Positions 8,762 to 21,982 of a DNA stretch of 64,000 nucleotides are shown here, piece by piece. Origin of the DNA: Somniosus microcephalus. Taxonomy: Eukaryota. Position 1 is the stretch's first letter. Each line of letters begins with the position of its first letter. Location of the stretch: assembly GCA_052327205.1 (NCBI GenBank), contig CM126219.1:51398001-51462000 (forward strand), read 5' to 3'. Below the pieces are notes generated by a model, which worked only from the letters and a program-made list of their open reading frames with translations, searched no databases and was not told where the DNA came from. The position numbers were made by a program, and so were the translations under genes.

Positions 8762-9819
8762 ACTACACTGTAAAAGTACTTAATTAGCTGGAAATTTGGG
8801 ACATCCTGAGGCCAACTGAGCTATATAAATGCAAGTTTTTTTTTATGTTCAACAATCTCTTGCCAAATTCCAAGGACGGTATGAACAAACTAAAATTAAC
8901 CTTCAGAATCATGTCATGAGAAAAATAACACATGGAAATAAAAGTCACATTCAGTTATATAGAAAATGAAGCTCCTTTAAAACTTAAAAAGCATCTTGTT
9001 CACACAAAACTGGTCAAAATCATTTACTAATTATATTGGGGTACAGTACTCAGTTTCTTAGTAAAGTAAAAAAAACTCAAAAGCTCTAAAATGTGCCTAT
9101 TAGTGTCCTTATGCCTAGAAAAGGCTTAATTTTTAGAGCCTCCTCGAAGGACTGGCGCAATTAGCAGGAACTCGCAATGGTGATTAATTCGATCTGGGGG
9201 CATGGCCAGTTTTGTGGGCAGAGCCAGCTTCTAGCGTGATGTCTTTTCAACTGGTGCAAAAGATCCCTGGAAACGCGATTTGCGCTGAATGTAATTTGTG
9301 CTTAGAATTCCTCAAACTTTGGCGCTGGTTTGCTCAGTTTTGGGTGAATTGCGCTGATAAAACAGTGCAACCTTGCAGAAACTCCCGCCCAGGGTATACA
9401 GAAACATTTATAACAACATGGAAAATACGAGAGTCCATTGGCTGATAGAATGGGATCCTCATAGAAATGGAGGCGAGGGAATGGGTGGTGGAGCAGATAA
9501 TGAAAGTATGGAATCAGTAGGGGAAGGAGCATCTCAGTAACAGAGTCCTCCATCTGAGAGAGACAGAAGGGCAGCACAGGAGAAATATGCATGTTCTACC
9601 AAACTCACGGGGTTATAAAAATTGTAGCTGATGATCTTTTCCCCACTTTTAACCTGTGAAATATTAGATCATTATAGAGTTCATTGCCTCTCCGTTTCTG
9701 AGCGCACAGGGGGCTCTGTTTAACTGCCGGCCGCTCCATTTACGAAGCGTCCAATGGTTGAAAATGGCAGGGATTGAGCAGCCACCCCTTGCACGCCCAA
9801 GGCCAGCCTGATGCAAGTT

Positions 9820-10900
9820 TCAAATCAAATCAAATCAAATCAAATCAACTTTTATTGTCATTGTTAGTGCACAAGTACAGTACAACGAAATGTAGGCTTG
9901 CGGCTCCCGAGAGTGTACATTTGGATTAAGACATTTAAACATTCAACATACATTTGGCTTGTAGTATCTATATATATAAACGAGTCGATCTGTCTGTCTG
10001 TCCTTCTGTCCTCGGGTGTGCGTCTGTCCGGCTATGCGCTCGAAAGTTATAGAGCGTACCTACGCGCGCGTTACCTCCGAAGAAAGCTTACAGTTCCGGG
10101 ACGGTCGTAAGCGTATTTACTTTTCGGTCGGACGAAAATTGTTCGCGCCTTATGCAAAAAACCTTCAAAATTAAACTCATTATCTGCTACTTAGCATTGA
10201 TTGACTGACGTCAAGGTTCGACCAATCCTGTGCCGTCACGATTGACCAATCCTACAGTACAGTCCCCTGATGGTTGGCCAATCGGTGTGTGTGTGTGGGC
10301 GGGACTAATCGTTTTCATCTCAGGGATCTGGCAGCCATTGTTTCACTGCCATTACTTTAGCTTCCAGCTCAAACTACTTTGATCATCCAGCTTTGAAAAA
10401 GTTAGTATCTCTTTTAAAAATAACATAAGATTTACCAAAAACGTTTTATAAGTACTTTCACTTTCATCTTTCAAGGTATTAAAAGGTAGAAATGTTGCCC
10501 GGCAGCAGATTGAGAGAGGGACACAGACAGGGCCCAAAAGCCTGGGACTCGATTTAAAATGTTGCCCGGCAGCAGAGTCACAGAGGGACAAAGAGAGGCC
10601 CCAAAGCCTGGCACTCGATTTAAACCGCCCGGCCCAAAACAGCCCTGGCAAAGCTGGGCTCCCCCAGCTAGTATTAACATAAATATGACCATAATAAAGT
10701 GCATTGGCAGATGTGCAGGCTTTAGAGTTTATTTGTGGAGTTCAGTAGGATGACAGCCCTGGGAAAGAAGCTGTTCCTAAATCTGGTCGTACGGGTGCGA
10801 ATGCATCTGTAGCGTCTCCCAGATGGTAGGAGGGTGAACAGACTGTGGCTGGGGTGGGTAGGGTCTTTGATGATGGACCGTGACCTCCGTAGACAGCGTT
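9820..10900 (-). mobile_element. Rex1/Babar-type LINE 3' fragment, interrupted by a Helitron
   Basis: IIKDPTHPSHSLFTLLPSGRRYR...RFRNSFFPRA C-terminus; AATAAA followed by (ATTTG)n tail on the minus strand. Confidence 0.8.
9967..10671 (+). mobile_element. Non-autonomous Helitron (705 bp)
   Basis: A|TCTATATATATAAA 5' end followed by (CTGT)n; 3' hairpin GCCCTGGC-AAA-GCTGGGC (10642-10659) then CTAG|T; AT target site, no TSD. Confidence 0.85.
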
Positions 10901-11454
10901 TAAGTGGGTGCACAGCCCAGCCGCCTAAAACAGATGGGAGGCTGCTTACAAATGCAAATCTAGGACATCATTTGTCATTTTCAAGTACAAATATGCAGAG
11001 GATAAAGGCACCACTGGAGGCCACTCCAAAAATGGCCTACAATCTTTTTTCGGGAGAATTTGGAATGCCTCTTCAAAGGACTGTTGAATACATATGTGAT
11101 TACACAATTCTCTCAAACACTACAATTATTGTGAAAAGGACATTGACGCATCTGAGAGGGCTCAGAGTAGAGCATGATTCCTGCACTCAATGTGGAACCA
11201 AATAAGTTAACTAAATTGTGCATGTAGGAAGAGAGGCTGGGAATAGTGGGCTGGGGGCGTTGAAATCTATGAAATAATATCAGGCATTTATAGGAAATTC
11301 CTTTGCTGTTTTAACAAAGGTGTTAACCTCTGAACTAATGGATCCATTAAAATAGTTCATAGAGGAATTTCATACAAGCGCAATTTCAACAGCAGAATAA
11401 TTAAACTGTTGAGAAGCCTTTTTCTAACGGACCTCTACCTAAAGTAATTAATAT

Positions 11455-11845
11455 CACAATTTTAAAATACCCATCCTTGTTTTCAAATTCCTCCATGGAC
11501 ACGCCCCTCCCTATCTTTGTAACCTCCTCCAGCCCCACAACCCTCCGCGATATCTGTCCTCCTCCAATTCTGGCCTCTTGCGCCTCCCCAATTTTCTTCA
11601 CTCCACCATTTGCGGCTGTGCTTTCAGCTGCCTCGGCCCTAAGCTCTGGAATTCCCTCCCTAAATGTCTCTGCCTCTTTACCTCTCTCTCCTCCTTTAAG
11701 ACGCTCCTTAAAACCTACCTCTCATCTGCCCTAATATCTCCTTATCTAGTTTGTGTCAAATTCTATTTGATAATGCTCCTGTGAAGTGCCTTGGGATGTT
11801 TTATTACATTAAAGGTGCTATATAAATACAAGTTGTTGTTGTTGT
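11455..11845 (+). mobile_element. L2 LINE 3' end
   Basis: AFSCLGPKLWNSLP...SSFKTLLKTYL and tail AAAGGTGCTATATAAATACAAG(TTG)n. Confidence 0.85.
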
Positions 11846-12722
11846 GTTGATTAACTCATTTGGAAAGAAGCTGGATAAATATCTAGATTTAAAAAGGATT
11901 ATAGGAGTGTGTTGTTATTTTATGTCACAGTACAACATTTGCTGGGAGCCACGGTCGTAATCATCAGAGACGCTCAAAGTAAAAATGGTCTTGGTGAATA
12001 ATTCATACCTTTTTGTTTGAAAAACCCTCAAAAAGCAACAATGCTAAGTACTTTTTAAAGGTTGCGTACGCTGTGGATGATTTGGTTCTAATCCTATTTG
12101 GACCACTGAAATTTCATCTGTGGAATTCAATCATTCAAGACTGACATTATGTTAAATTGATAACTTAAGTTTTTCATCATGTCCAGAGCCCAGACTCATG
12201 AAAATTGTACATGATCAGTCAGAAAGAGCAGGCTCAATGGACCAAATGCATTATTAATTATGTGATGATTTCTTATCAACTCATCCTCACCACATTTGGA
12301 TGACAGTGATTGGCCAAGTAAAGTTAACTGATTGAATGGCCTGTCAGAATAGACCCAATGGTCTGTCAGAATAGACCCACTAACAGTGGTCCTAGACTGG
12401 TAACTTTTGACTTTTGAGTGGTAGTTGCATGTTTAAATCCCAGATTTAATTGCATTAATAGAGTTTCCTATTCCAGCAGGCCACCCTGCCAGGGAGTTGA
12501 CCAAGTTTGGACCATTCTGCTTTCTTGACCAACAAAGACAACTAAAAATATTGGGATTGGGAGAGGAAAGAACAAGAAGGAAAATAAAATAAACTAAAAA
12601 CAGATTGGAATCTTACTTGTCAATCACAGTATTAGTCTGCACACAGAAAGGACTGTATGTGGGAGTAATAGCTATATAATTAGAGGAGTGGGTGCAATTG
12701 TTCATTCTGTATAAAAGACATT

Positions 12723-13112
12723 GGGGGAAAAATTGAGTCGTGCCCCCTTTGGGGCGCTAACATCGCCGAGGCACTACTTTTAGTGCCCCGGAAAAATTAG
12801 CGCTCCTGCAGCCGAAATTGAATGGTAGCGCCCCAAGAGGGAAGCGAGGTACTACTGGAAGCGCCCCACCTCCCTCTTGAGGCGCTGTGAGGGAATATCG
12901 CGGCGATATGTGCTGCAGCGCCACGTCGCGCCACGGTATTGCAGGCCTTCCTCCCCTTCTTAAAGGATAGGGGCCTTGCGCAGCGCGACCCGGGGCCCAG
13001 CTGGGCCACCGGGATCAGAGTGCTGGCAAAATAGCTCGGCACTCGAGAGAAGTGCATTAATAGAGTTTCCTATGCGCTAATGGGAGGCGCAAAGCAACCG
13101 AATTTTTCTCCC
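12723..13112. mobile_element. MITE (Harbinger-like)
   Basis: Imperfect TIR GGGGGAAAAATT...AATTTTTCTCCC around a CpG-rich non-coding interior. Confidence 0.6.
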
Positions 13113-14163
13113 TTTGTGAATAAAAATTGATCATTGAGAACACTCAAGACTTTTTATACAAATAAGTGTTATGTTTGAACATATTTGAACTTCTGCCGAG
13201 CAGACTTCCACCCTAATAAGCTGCCTATTAATCCTGAATTTTACAACAAAGGCACAGACTGAAGCTCAGAAAGAGAAGATGAAAAGATAACTTAGACATT
13301 GGTGAAAATGTAGAACTGACTGCCCTGGGAGGTGGTGGAAATGAATTGTTTTGGCAAAGTCAAGAATACATATTTTGCAGAAAAAGGGATTAAGGAATAT
13401 GAGAGAGAGAGCAGTGTAAGACATGTTGGAATTTTGGGACTGGTCTGGTGGATCACAATGGTCCCATCTGTTCGAGTCGATTTCTATGCACCAATGTCTT
13501 CCCGTGTCCAAAATCAGGTGAATCACCTAAAATTTAAATGTTTCCTTTTAACAGTTTGTTGCAGATAATAATTAACAACAACTTGCATTTATATAGTGCC
13601 TTTAATGTAGAAATACAAGGTGCTTCACAGAGGCATTATCAAAAAAAAGCCAGGACCACAAAGAGAAAACTGAAGTTTAATGAAGAGTTAATGTTGTGAA
13701 GTCAGTTGTAGGAAAAGGAAATGATAGCCTCCTGTAACTATAAAAAGATAGGGGAAGTCGTCTACTGAAGGCTGTAAACATACAATGCTGCTTAAAAAAA
13801 TCGACATCAAGGACTGAATTGTTCAATAAGCTTTATAGATTGCCCACTACAATATTTTACCGAGGAGGCTTATGATCAAACAAACCTCTGGAAGAAATAA
13901 TAATTGAGCATTCAAGAAAGGGCAGAAAAGTATGTTGAATCTGTATGAAGTTTTAGTGATTACAAACTGTGAGCAGGATGTCATTCCCAGGTTACCCTGG
14001 TCATCATGTAGGTGTTCTGTATATACTTGTGGAGGTGCTGATTTCAGTGAATTCTCCCTTGGGTAATATGCTAGTCTGTCAAAATCAACCATGCTCTCAG
14101 GGACACAATTATCTGCTTATGAACAGGAGTAGGCCTCTTGGCTCATCGAGCCTATCACTTAAT

Positions 14164-14934
14164 GGCCCAGAAATTCGGGTCTCCACGGGTGAGTACGCAC
14201 GGGGTACTCACCCGTAGGCCCAATGGAAGTGCCGGTTTCCTGCATGCACTGCGCATGCGCGGGAAACCGGCACTTCCGTTCCCCTGAACGAAGGGGTTCA
14301 GAGATCGAACGCGTGCGCAGGAGAGGCTGTGCGTGCGCATCAAACTTCGTTTTTTTTTACAGGTTTTCCCGGGAAGGTAAGCCTGCAGAATTTAGAAATG
14401 TGAAAAGCAGGCGTTAGGCCTGTTTTTTACAAGGTAAGCGGTGAATTAATTAAAATTAAAACATTTCTTCCACAGGTTTATTATTTTTAAATACTTTAAA
14501 GCAAGGTAAGTTTATTTTTAGCGCCGTTAGAAAATAAAATTATTTTTTTCAAAAATGTATATTGTTTAAAATAGTTATTTCATTTAATTTATAGTTTATT
14601 TAAAAAATGTGATTTAAAAAAAAATGTATTTGAAGATTTAGTGATGGTTTGTAAGAAGAAAGGGCCCGTAGTATTTCTAACTTTGACAGCACTTCCTGTC
14701 AGACTTATGAATGGAGCATTCCCTGCTCCGATTGGCTCCCCATGGCCCACGTGATCCCAGGGGATGCTTCGAACTAACTGCACCCCTGGGATACGCAAGC
14801 ACAGCGTGCCGGCAGCTGGACCAGGCCCAGGATCGGAATTCCACGGGGGCCCAGAGCTCAACGGCCGGCGGGCTAGGTAAGTGCAGATCGGGGGCTTGCA
14901 CCCGCGGGAAGCCCCCGACCTGAATTTCTGGGCC
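14164..14934 (+). mobile_element. ~770-bp MITE, family A
   Basis: TIR GGCCCAGAAATTC, 3-bp TSD AAT; homologous copies at 20142 and 54055. Confidence 0.88.
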
Positions 14935-15114
14935 AATATTATCCTTATTTCTCAAATAATTTTCTGTCTTCCTTTTAGACACTTAAGTTGATTCTGCATC
15001 TCTGGGGTAAAAATTCATCTTGGCCTGTATTCAGCCCCAGACTCAGCACTGCGCACGGGGTTAACAATTCTGGTTGGACGTGTTTCTGGAGGTTTGATCG
15101 CGTGACATTTGTTC

Positions 15115-15368
15115 CAATAGGGAATTGAGAAGAACCTTCTTTAGCCAGAAAGTGGTGAGAATGTGGAACTCGCTACTGCAGGGTGTAATTGAGGCGAAGA
15201 GTATAGGTGCATTTAAGGGGAAGCTAGATAAGCATATGAGCGAGAAGGGAATAGAGGGTTAGGCTGATAGAGTTAGATGAGGAAGGATGGGAGGAGGCTC
15301 GAGTGGAGCATAAACACCAACATGGACTGGTTGGGCAAATGGCCTGTTTCTGTGCTTAATATTCTATC
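15115..15368 (+). mobile_element. CR1 3' fragment
   Basis: Same 3' end as the 8400-8750 copy (GTGGTGAGAATGTGGAACTCGCTA...TGGCCTGTTTCTGTGC). Confidence 0.85.
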
Positions 15369-15587
15369 TACTCACATGGCATTTGACCATGTGAAACTGT
15401 AAATTCTTGAAGAAAATATTCATTGCAGATATATTAAATATTTTATCATCATTCTCCATTACATCCCTTTGTCATCCTCTTTTAGACTCTCACTTCTTCC
15501 CCGACTGTCCTCTTGCATAATGGTACTGGAAGAAATACATGCTCTTATGTGCAACTCTACTCATTTCCATTTCCCCCTACACTCATC

Positions 15588-15890
15588 TGACGGAGGGGAG
15601 CAGGCAGAGATCGGCGGACCCCCTCATAGGACTGCTCCTGGGCCTGGCCAAAGTGGCCATTAACTGGTCCAGGCAACAGGCGGTCGAGGGGGTCGTTCAG
15701 CCCGATTGCCTGCCTCTCTACCATGGCCATGTTCGCGCCTGGGTGGCCCTGGAGATGGAGCACACGGTGTCCGCCGGTACGCTCGAGGCCTTCCGCGACC
15801 AGTGGGCGCCGCGGGGACTGGAGTGCATCATCACCCCGGCCAATCAAATTTTAATTTAAGTTGTTAAGTTTTATTCAAAGTTTTATTAGT
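15588..15890 (+). mobile_element. Tx1/L1-type LINE ORF2 C-terminal fragment
   Basis: LLLGLAKVAINWSRQQAV...VALEMEH...LEAFRDQWAP is typical of the Tx1 ORF2 end; GC-rich block in an AT-rich context. Confidence 0.7.
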
Positions 15891-18139
15891 TACAGATTAT
15901 TTGTTTAACCACCCAAAACCAGAAGAGTACAGTCATCTGATCGCCATTTTGACTGCTTTTGAAGTTTCCTGCATTCTTCCCAATTAACCTTTCTTGAAGC
16001 TCCTTTTCCTTTCTTATTTTACAATCAATTGTCTCGTTGATTAATTTAGGACCTTTTTTTTACTCTAGCCTTGCTAATTTAATGAGGTATTCGACCTGTG
16101 TTCTTATGTATGTCTTTGAAGGTATTCTATTTGTCCTGTGCTGAGGTGTTAATAAATTAGTCCCCCAGTCAATCTATTTTAGCTCTTCCCCCATAACTTG
16201 CTTTTTGGCATTTTTAAAATTGTAAACCTGACACACACAAACCTCACTATTCTCAACTGCCATTTAAAAAAAAATCTTCACAGCTTTCCCCTACAAGATA
16301 TTTCCAAACCTTTGCTTCAACTATTGTAGACCAACTCTTTTACATATGCACTTTCATTTAACATGTTTTGGGTTTGTGACTTAACATGTTATGACTTATC
16401 ATTTGCTGGAATCCTGCTGGGATTACACTGTCCATTTTTATTTTCTCAAATTGTGAATAATCATATTCACATGGATCCTACGTTAGATTAAGGATTTAAA
16501 GTGTGAAAAGATATTTTCACTAATCTAATCTTTAATTATTTTGTTTCCTCTCTCATAGGATTGTTAAAATGAATAGATGCTAATGACAGGGACAGAGGGA
16601 GAGTCACAAAGTGCACCAGCTTTTTAGCAGATCGCTGAAGTAGCTGAACTTCAATGCTCCACACCACTGTGGAGTTGCTGAAGCCGGGAGGATAGAGTTG
16701 CCTTTCAGGTCAAGTTTTTAGTCTACAGGCATTCAAATTTGAACACCATCTCAACTGGTGAAAACCTCCACAAATGTTTCTCAAAAAATTTGGCTTCATC
16801 ACAAGCCAGCAGAGCAGAACCTTGGCACGAAAAGTACATTGGCGTGTAGCCTCGAACCGCGAATACAAAGTACTTTTCTGCCAGGGGCGGCTAGCTGCCG
16901 TGCTCGAGCAATCACTTCCATTCCAGGAGACTCCTGGACAATCCGGGAGGGTTGGAAACCCCCGGCTGTACAAGCAGCGCATGCTCGAACCAAGAGGCCC
17001 GAGGAACGATGGAAACTGGTTCTCGGGCCTTGTCAACATATTCAGGTCGAGCTGCTGGCACTGGGCGTGCCTCCACAAGCAGCTCACTCAAGTGAAGACA
17101 GAAATTTTGGGACGCCTGCCTCATCGGCAGTGGTCCACAGGTAAGTCCCAAAAGGGAGGTTGGAGGGAGGGAGGGAGGGAGGGGGTGGCGATCGTGATGC
17201 TTGTGGAGTAGGGCAAGCATTCCTGCTTCTTCTGGCTTGACAGAAACGATTTTAAAATACTAATTCTGAAACTTACCTTTTTTTTGGTGCCCAAAGGGGC
17301 CTCCAAAGAATCCTGAGTAGAGCAGGCCCACCTCCTTGACTAATTTCAGCAAGGGATCCTTCAACATATCCAAGGGGCCTACCACCGCCTGTTTTAGATG
17401 TCCACCCAGGGTGACTAAAAAATGGGCCACATGAATTTGGCAGTGGGCTCAACGCCTGCCCGCTTTGGGTGCTGGCCATTCCACTGTTAAATTGGTATGC
17501 TTTGCACCCAGCTTACACCCAAAAATCGGGCACAATGCATACCAATTTCTACCCCGTGACTCCAAGGACAGCATTCCACAAACTCACAACCTCATGCAGA
17601 ATTTTTTTCTAGATTTGCGTTTCGCTAATTCAGTTCAAATTTTCTATTATGACCCCTCGTTCTGGATTCCCATACTGGAGGGAATAACCATTCCCCATCC
17701 ATCCTGTCAATTCCTTTTAATAGTTCAAACATTTCAATCAGATCACCCATTAACCTTATAATTCCCAGAGACTATAACCCAATTTTACTCAGTCAATCAT
17801 CATAGCAAATTCTTCATGCTTTATTCCTGTACTTTCTCCAACATCAATACATCCTTTCTATAGATGGGGAATGATTCTTCCCTCCAGTAGAAATCTAGAA
17901 CAAGACCAAATAATGTTAAATTAGAATTCAGCAACTTAAAAGCAAATCTAGATAAATAAATTCTGCACACAAAGGCTTGTAAGAATGTGAAATGTAATCT
18001 CCAGTATTTCCTTTCAAAACTGATCAGCATGCTCCAAATGAGGTCTGACATATAAGCTGTATAACAATAGTAGTGCTTCATTGCTTTTATATTCTCTACC
18101 TCTCGTGATGAAGCTGTCGACAGTGTACCTGTAGAAGCT

Positions 18140-18860
18140 GACCCTCTGAGGATGATGTTGCCAAGGTGAGGAAGAGGAGGGGCCCAAGGATAGAACCTTG
18201 GGGAACTCCAGAGATGTTGGTGCAGGGTCGGAAGCGAAAACCAAGACAGGGCAGTCCCACTGAGCTGGAAAATGGAGGGGAGACATTGCAGGAGGATGGT
18301 ATGGTCGACTGCGTTAAAGGCTGGAGAGAAGTTGAGGAGGATAAGGAGTGATAGTGCACCATAGTAACAGTCACAGAAGATGCCATTTGTGACTTTGGTT
18401 AGAGCCATTTTGGTGCTGTGGTTGAGGCAGAAACCTGATTGGAGAGATTCAAACATGGAGTTGTGGGAAATTTGGACGTGGATTTGGGAGGCAATAATGC
18501 GTTCTAATACTTTGGAGAGGAAAGGAAGATAGAAAATAGGTAGTAGTTAGCAAGGACAAAGAGGTCAGGGGTTTGAGGAGAGGGTTGATGCTGGGGTTTT
18601 GAAAGGGAACCATCTACAATCAGTTAGCATGGGTGCCAGGAAAGGAAGTTGGGTGGACAGCCTTTTAATGGGAATGGGGTCAAGGGAGCAGCAGGTGGGT
18701 CTCATGAATGAGATAAGCTTGGAGAGGGCATGAAGGGAGATAGGAGAGAAACTAGAGTGATTATATAGTTCAGGGCTAGGGTGGGGGAGATTTAGCTTGG
18801 TGGGAAAGGGGAAGGAAGGGAAGCAGCAGAGGCAGGTGAACGGATGCCACACTTGATTCA
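18140..18860 (-). mobile_element. Decayed L2 RT fragment, with a decayed CR1 remnant adjacent at 17820-18110
   Basis: QSGF...HSTKMALTKVTN...AFNAVDHTILL, GVPQGSILGPLLF and CSLDPIP motifs. Confidence 0.8.
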
Positions 18861-20141
18861 TCCATGAGTGGGATTCATTCCTTTTGTACAATCCTTTTGA
18901 CAGACTCCTTTAGAAATGGCTACGCCTGAATTATTGACCAGCGTGCAGTTCAAACCAATGCGGCAGCTTGACTCGAAATAAAAGTAAAACTGAGCCACTT
19001 TGAAAAGAAAAAGAATTTTCTGATGCTGAGGTAAATGGAAACCAATTACTTGTCGGCTAAATGTATAGTAATAACCACTTTAGAAAGACAATATTTACAT
19101 AATTGTTCAGTTCAAAGAAGTTGCTATCTTTCCACCTTTCAGTAAAAGGCGCTTCTTACCCTGTCAGATTTAGCAGGATCAGCTCATTTAAATATTGAAT
19201 GACGACTGGGAGCGCAACTCCTATGTAACAGGGAGTAAATGGCCATGGAGGAGAGGAAGCTTGTTGCTGCAGCATTTTAAAACCCGCAGCAACATAAGGT
19301 TGCAGCAGCTTCGGGAGCGATAGCAGGTAAGTGGTATGCTTTCTCCTCCAGAATGTGCTTGACAAGAGCGTTGTTCTGCAGTGATTTCTTACCAAAGCAT
19401 TCCTTTGGGCTTTCTCAAGACTTCTTCATGGTTTCCACATCACACACTGGTGGATCGCAAGGATGAGCTCTGGCAAGTTGTGGCAGAAGAAGGCATGCCC
19501 AGAATCTTGCAGATTCTCCTGCATGAGATTCACCAGTGAAGAGACCGCCTCCTGGGTTTGCAGGAAAGGATAACACCAATGATAGTCACCAGAGCCACTT
19601 AGAGGAAGGTAGCAGTGATACTGAATAACATTTCTCTCAGACTGGTGCCAGAAGTTGTTTAATGAGCTGATGAGGACCTTGGTGAGCTGCAGGCACAAGT
19701 TGCCACATGGGGTGATGATATATTGGCAGTAATGGAGTCCTGGCTCAAACAAGGGTAGGAATAGGAACTTAACATTCCTGACCTACAGCTCAGTGTAGCT
19801 TGATTTGAGACTCAAACATGGTGATGGATTTTGGAGAATGTCAGGCACCTGTCTGATCAAAAAACGGCATTAGAAGATTTTTTTTTATTCACAGGATGTG
19901 AGCGTCGCTGGCAGAGTCAGCATTTATTGCCCATCCCTAATTGCCTTTGAGAAAGTGGTGGTTAGCTGTCTTCTTGAACTGATTGCTGAATGTACTCAAG
20001 TTTTTATTTATTTCATCAGGCTGGTTTTGTTCCAGGCAACCCCATCTTTGGTGAACACTGTCTGAATGGTTCTGTAAATGAAAAAAAAAATTGAAGAAGC
20101 TGGACAATTTTTTTGTTTGCTTCTATGGCCAAATAGAGAAT

Positions 20142-20907
20142 GGGCCAGAACTTCGGGTCCCCACGGGTGAGTACACACTGGGTACTCGCGCGTAGGCCCA
20201 ACGAAAGTGCCGGTTTTGTGCATGCACTGCGCATGCGCGGGAAACCGGAACTTCCGTTCCCTTAAAGGAAGGGGTTCACAGGTCGAATGCGTGCGCCGGA
20301 GAGGCAGCGCGTACGCCTGGAACTTCCAGTTTTTTTGCAGGTTTCTCCGGGAGGGTAAGTCTCCAGGAGCTATGCTTTTAAAAAGCAGTCACAAGGCCTG
20401 CTTTTAACAAGGTAAGTGGTGAATTAAGTAAAATTAAAACATTTTTTCCACAGGTTTATTATTTTTAAATACTTTAAAGAAAGGTAAGTTTATTTTTAGC
20501 CCCATTAGAAACTGTAATTAATTTTCTCAAAAATTTAAATTATTATTTAAATAGTTATTTTATGTAATTTATAGTTATTTTAAAAATGTGATTAAAAAAA
20601 AATTATTTGAAGTTTTAGTTTTAGTTATGTTTTGGGGCTGAATTGTATTCCTAGATTTGACAGCTCTTCCTGTCAAATCTATGAATACGGATTCCCTGCT
20701 ACCATTGGCTCTCCATGGCCCACGTGCTCCCAGGGGACGCATCGAACTAACTGCACCCCTGGGATACGCAAGCACTGCGCACCGGCAATTGGAGCAGGCC
20801 CAGGATCGGAATCCCACGCGGGCCCACAGCACAACGGCCGGCGCACTAGGTAAGTGCAGGTCGGAGGCTTGCACCCGCGGGGAGCCTCCGACCCGAATTT
20901 CTGGGCC
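20142..20907 (+). mobile_element. MITE family A copy
   Basis: Colinear with 14164-14934; TIRs GGGCCAGAACTTC / GAATTTCTGGGCC. Confidence 0.88.
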
Positions 20908-20931
20908 ATTAATGTCTTCTCTAAGTATAAT

Positions 20932-21671
20932 GGCCCAGAAATTCCGTTCACAGGCCTCCCGCGGGCGGAGGGCTGCGATCTGGAAAAATCTGCGCCAAGA
21001 CCGGAGGGCTCCCGGGAGGCGCAGAGTTTCATTCCTGGGCCTCTCCAAACTGCCGGTGCGCAGGGCCCACGTATCCCAGATGCGCAGGCGGTTTGTAGTG
21101 TCCCTGGGATCACGTGGGCCATGGGGAACCAATCAGAGAAGGGAATCTCCATTCATACATTCCTGTCAAATATATGAATGGAGATCACCCCCAAAACATA
21201 GTAAAACATAAATGAATTTTTAAAAAAATCACATTTTTAAAATGACTTGAAATTACATAAATTAACTATTTTAAACAAAAATTTAAATTTTTGAAAAAAA
21301 TAATTAAAGTTTTTAATGGGGCTAAAAATAAACTTACCTTTCTTTAAAGTAGTTTTAAATGATAAATCAGTGGAAACATTTTTAAAACTTTTTTCAACTC
21401 TTATCCTGGTAAAGCAGGCCTTACGCCTGATTTTACCAGGCGCAAGAATTGTGAGTGTTTTCTGCGGGCGGAGGGTCTCCAAAAAGCGGAACTCTCTGCC
21501 CACAGAGGCCCTGCTCCAGGCCACCGGAGGATCTGTCAAGAGCATTCTTGACAGATTGGAAATGCCAGTTTCCAGCGCATGCGCAGTGCATGCCTGAAAC
21601 CGGCATTTCCAATGTCCCTACGGGTGAGTACACAGCGCGTACACATCCGTAGGGATCGGAATTTCTGCCCC
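20932..21671 (-). mobile_element. MITE, related subfamily, inverted orientation
   Basis: TIR GGCCCAGAAATTCC / GGAATTTCTGCCCC; shares internal motifs with family A in reverse complement. Confidence 0.82.
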
Positions 21672-21982
21672 AGTAGTTGCTAAAGTTGGCCACTAGTTAG
21701 CCACTGGTACCCTGGTCTGGGCAGCCTTCCTGATTGCCTGCTTGCAGAGAAAGGAGTTCTGGGTGGTCATGCTCCATTATGGCAGAAACCAGTTAGAGGC
21801 GCCTCCAGCCAACCTGAGCAAATCTGAGTGAAAAAAGTGATATATATGTAGAAGATTCCTCAGTGAATATCTGGTCTGATTTCCCTCATATCTTAAATGT
21901 AGTTTGCAGTGTGCTGAGAGAGTTACAGTTAAGAAAAGGGTAGAGTCTTCCACATCTGTGTATACAGTAGGCAAATTATCCT

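Noticed and set aside
19140-19335. Host exon ending at CAG|GTAAGT (also acceptor-like sites near 16558 and 23230)
   Set aside because: No recognisable protein or consistent reading frame; cannot be supported without transcript data.
14155-21693. Numerous 60-185 aa ORFs in MITEs and antisense to LINE/LTR coding regions
   Set aside because: Explained by GC-rich repeats or shadow frames; no domain motifs.
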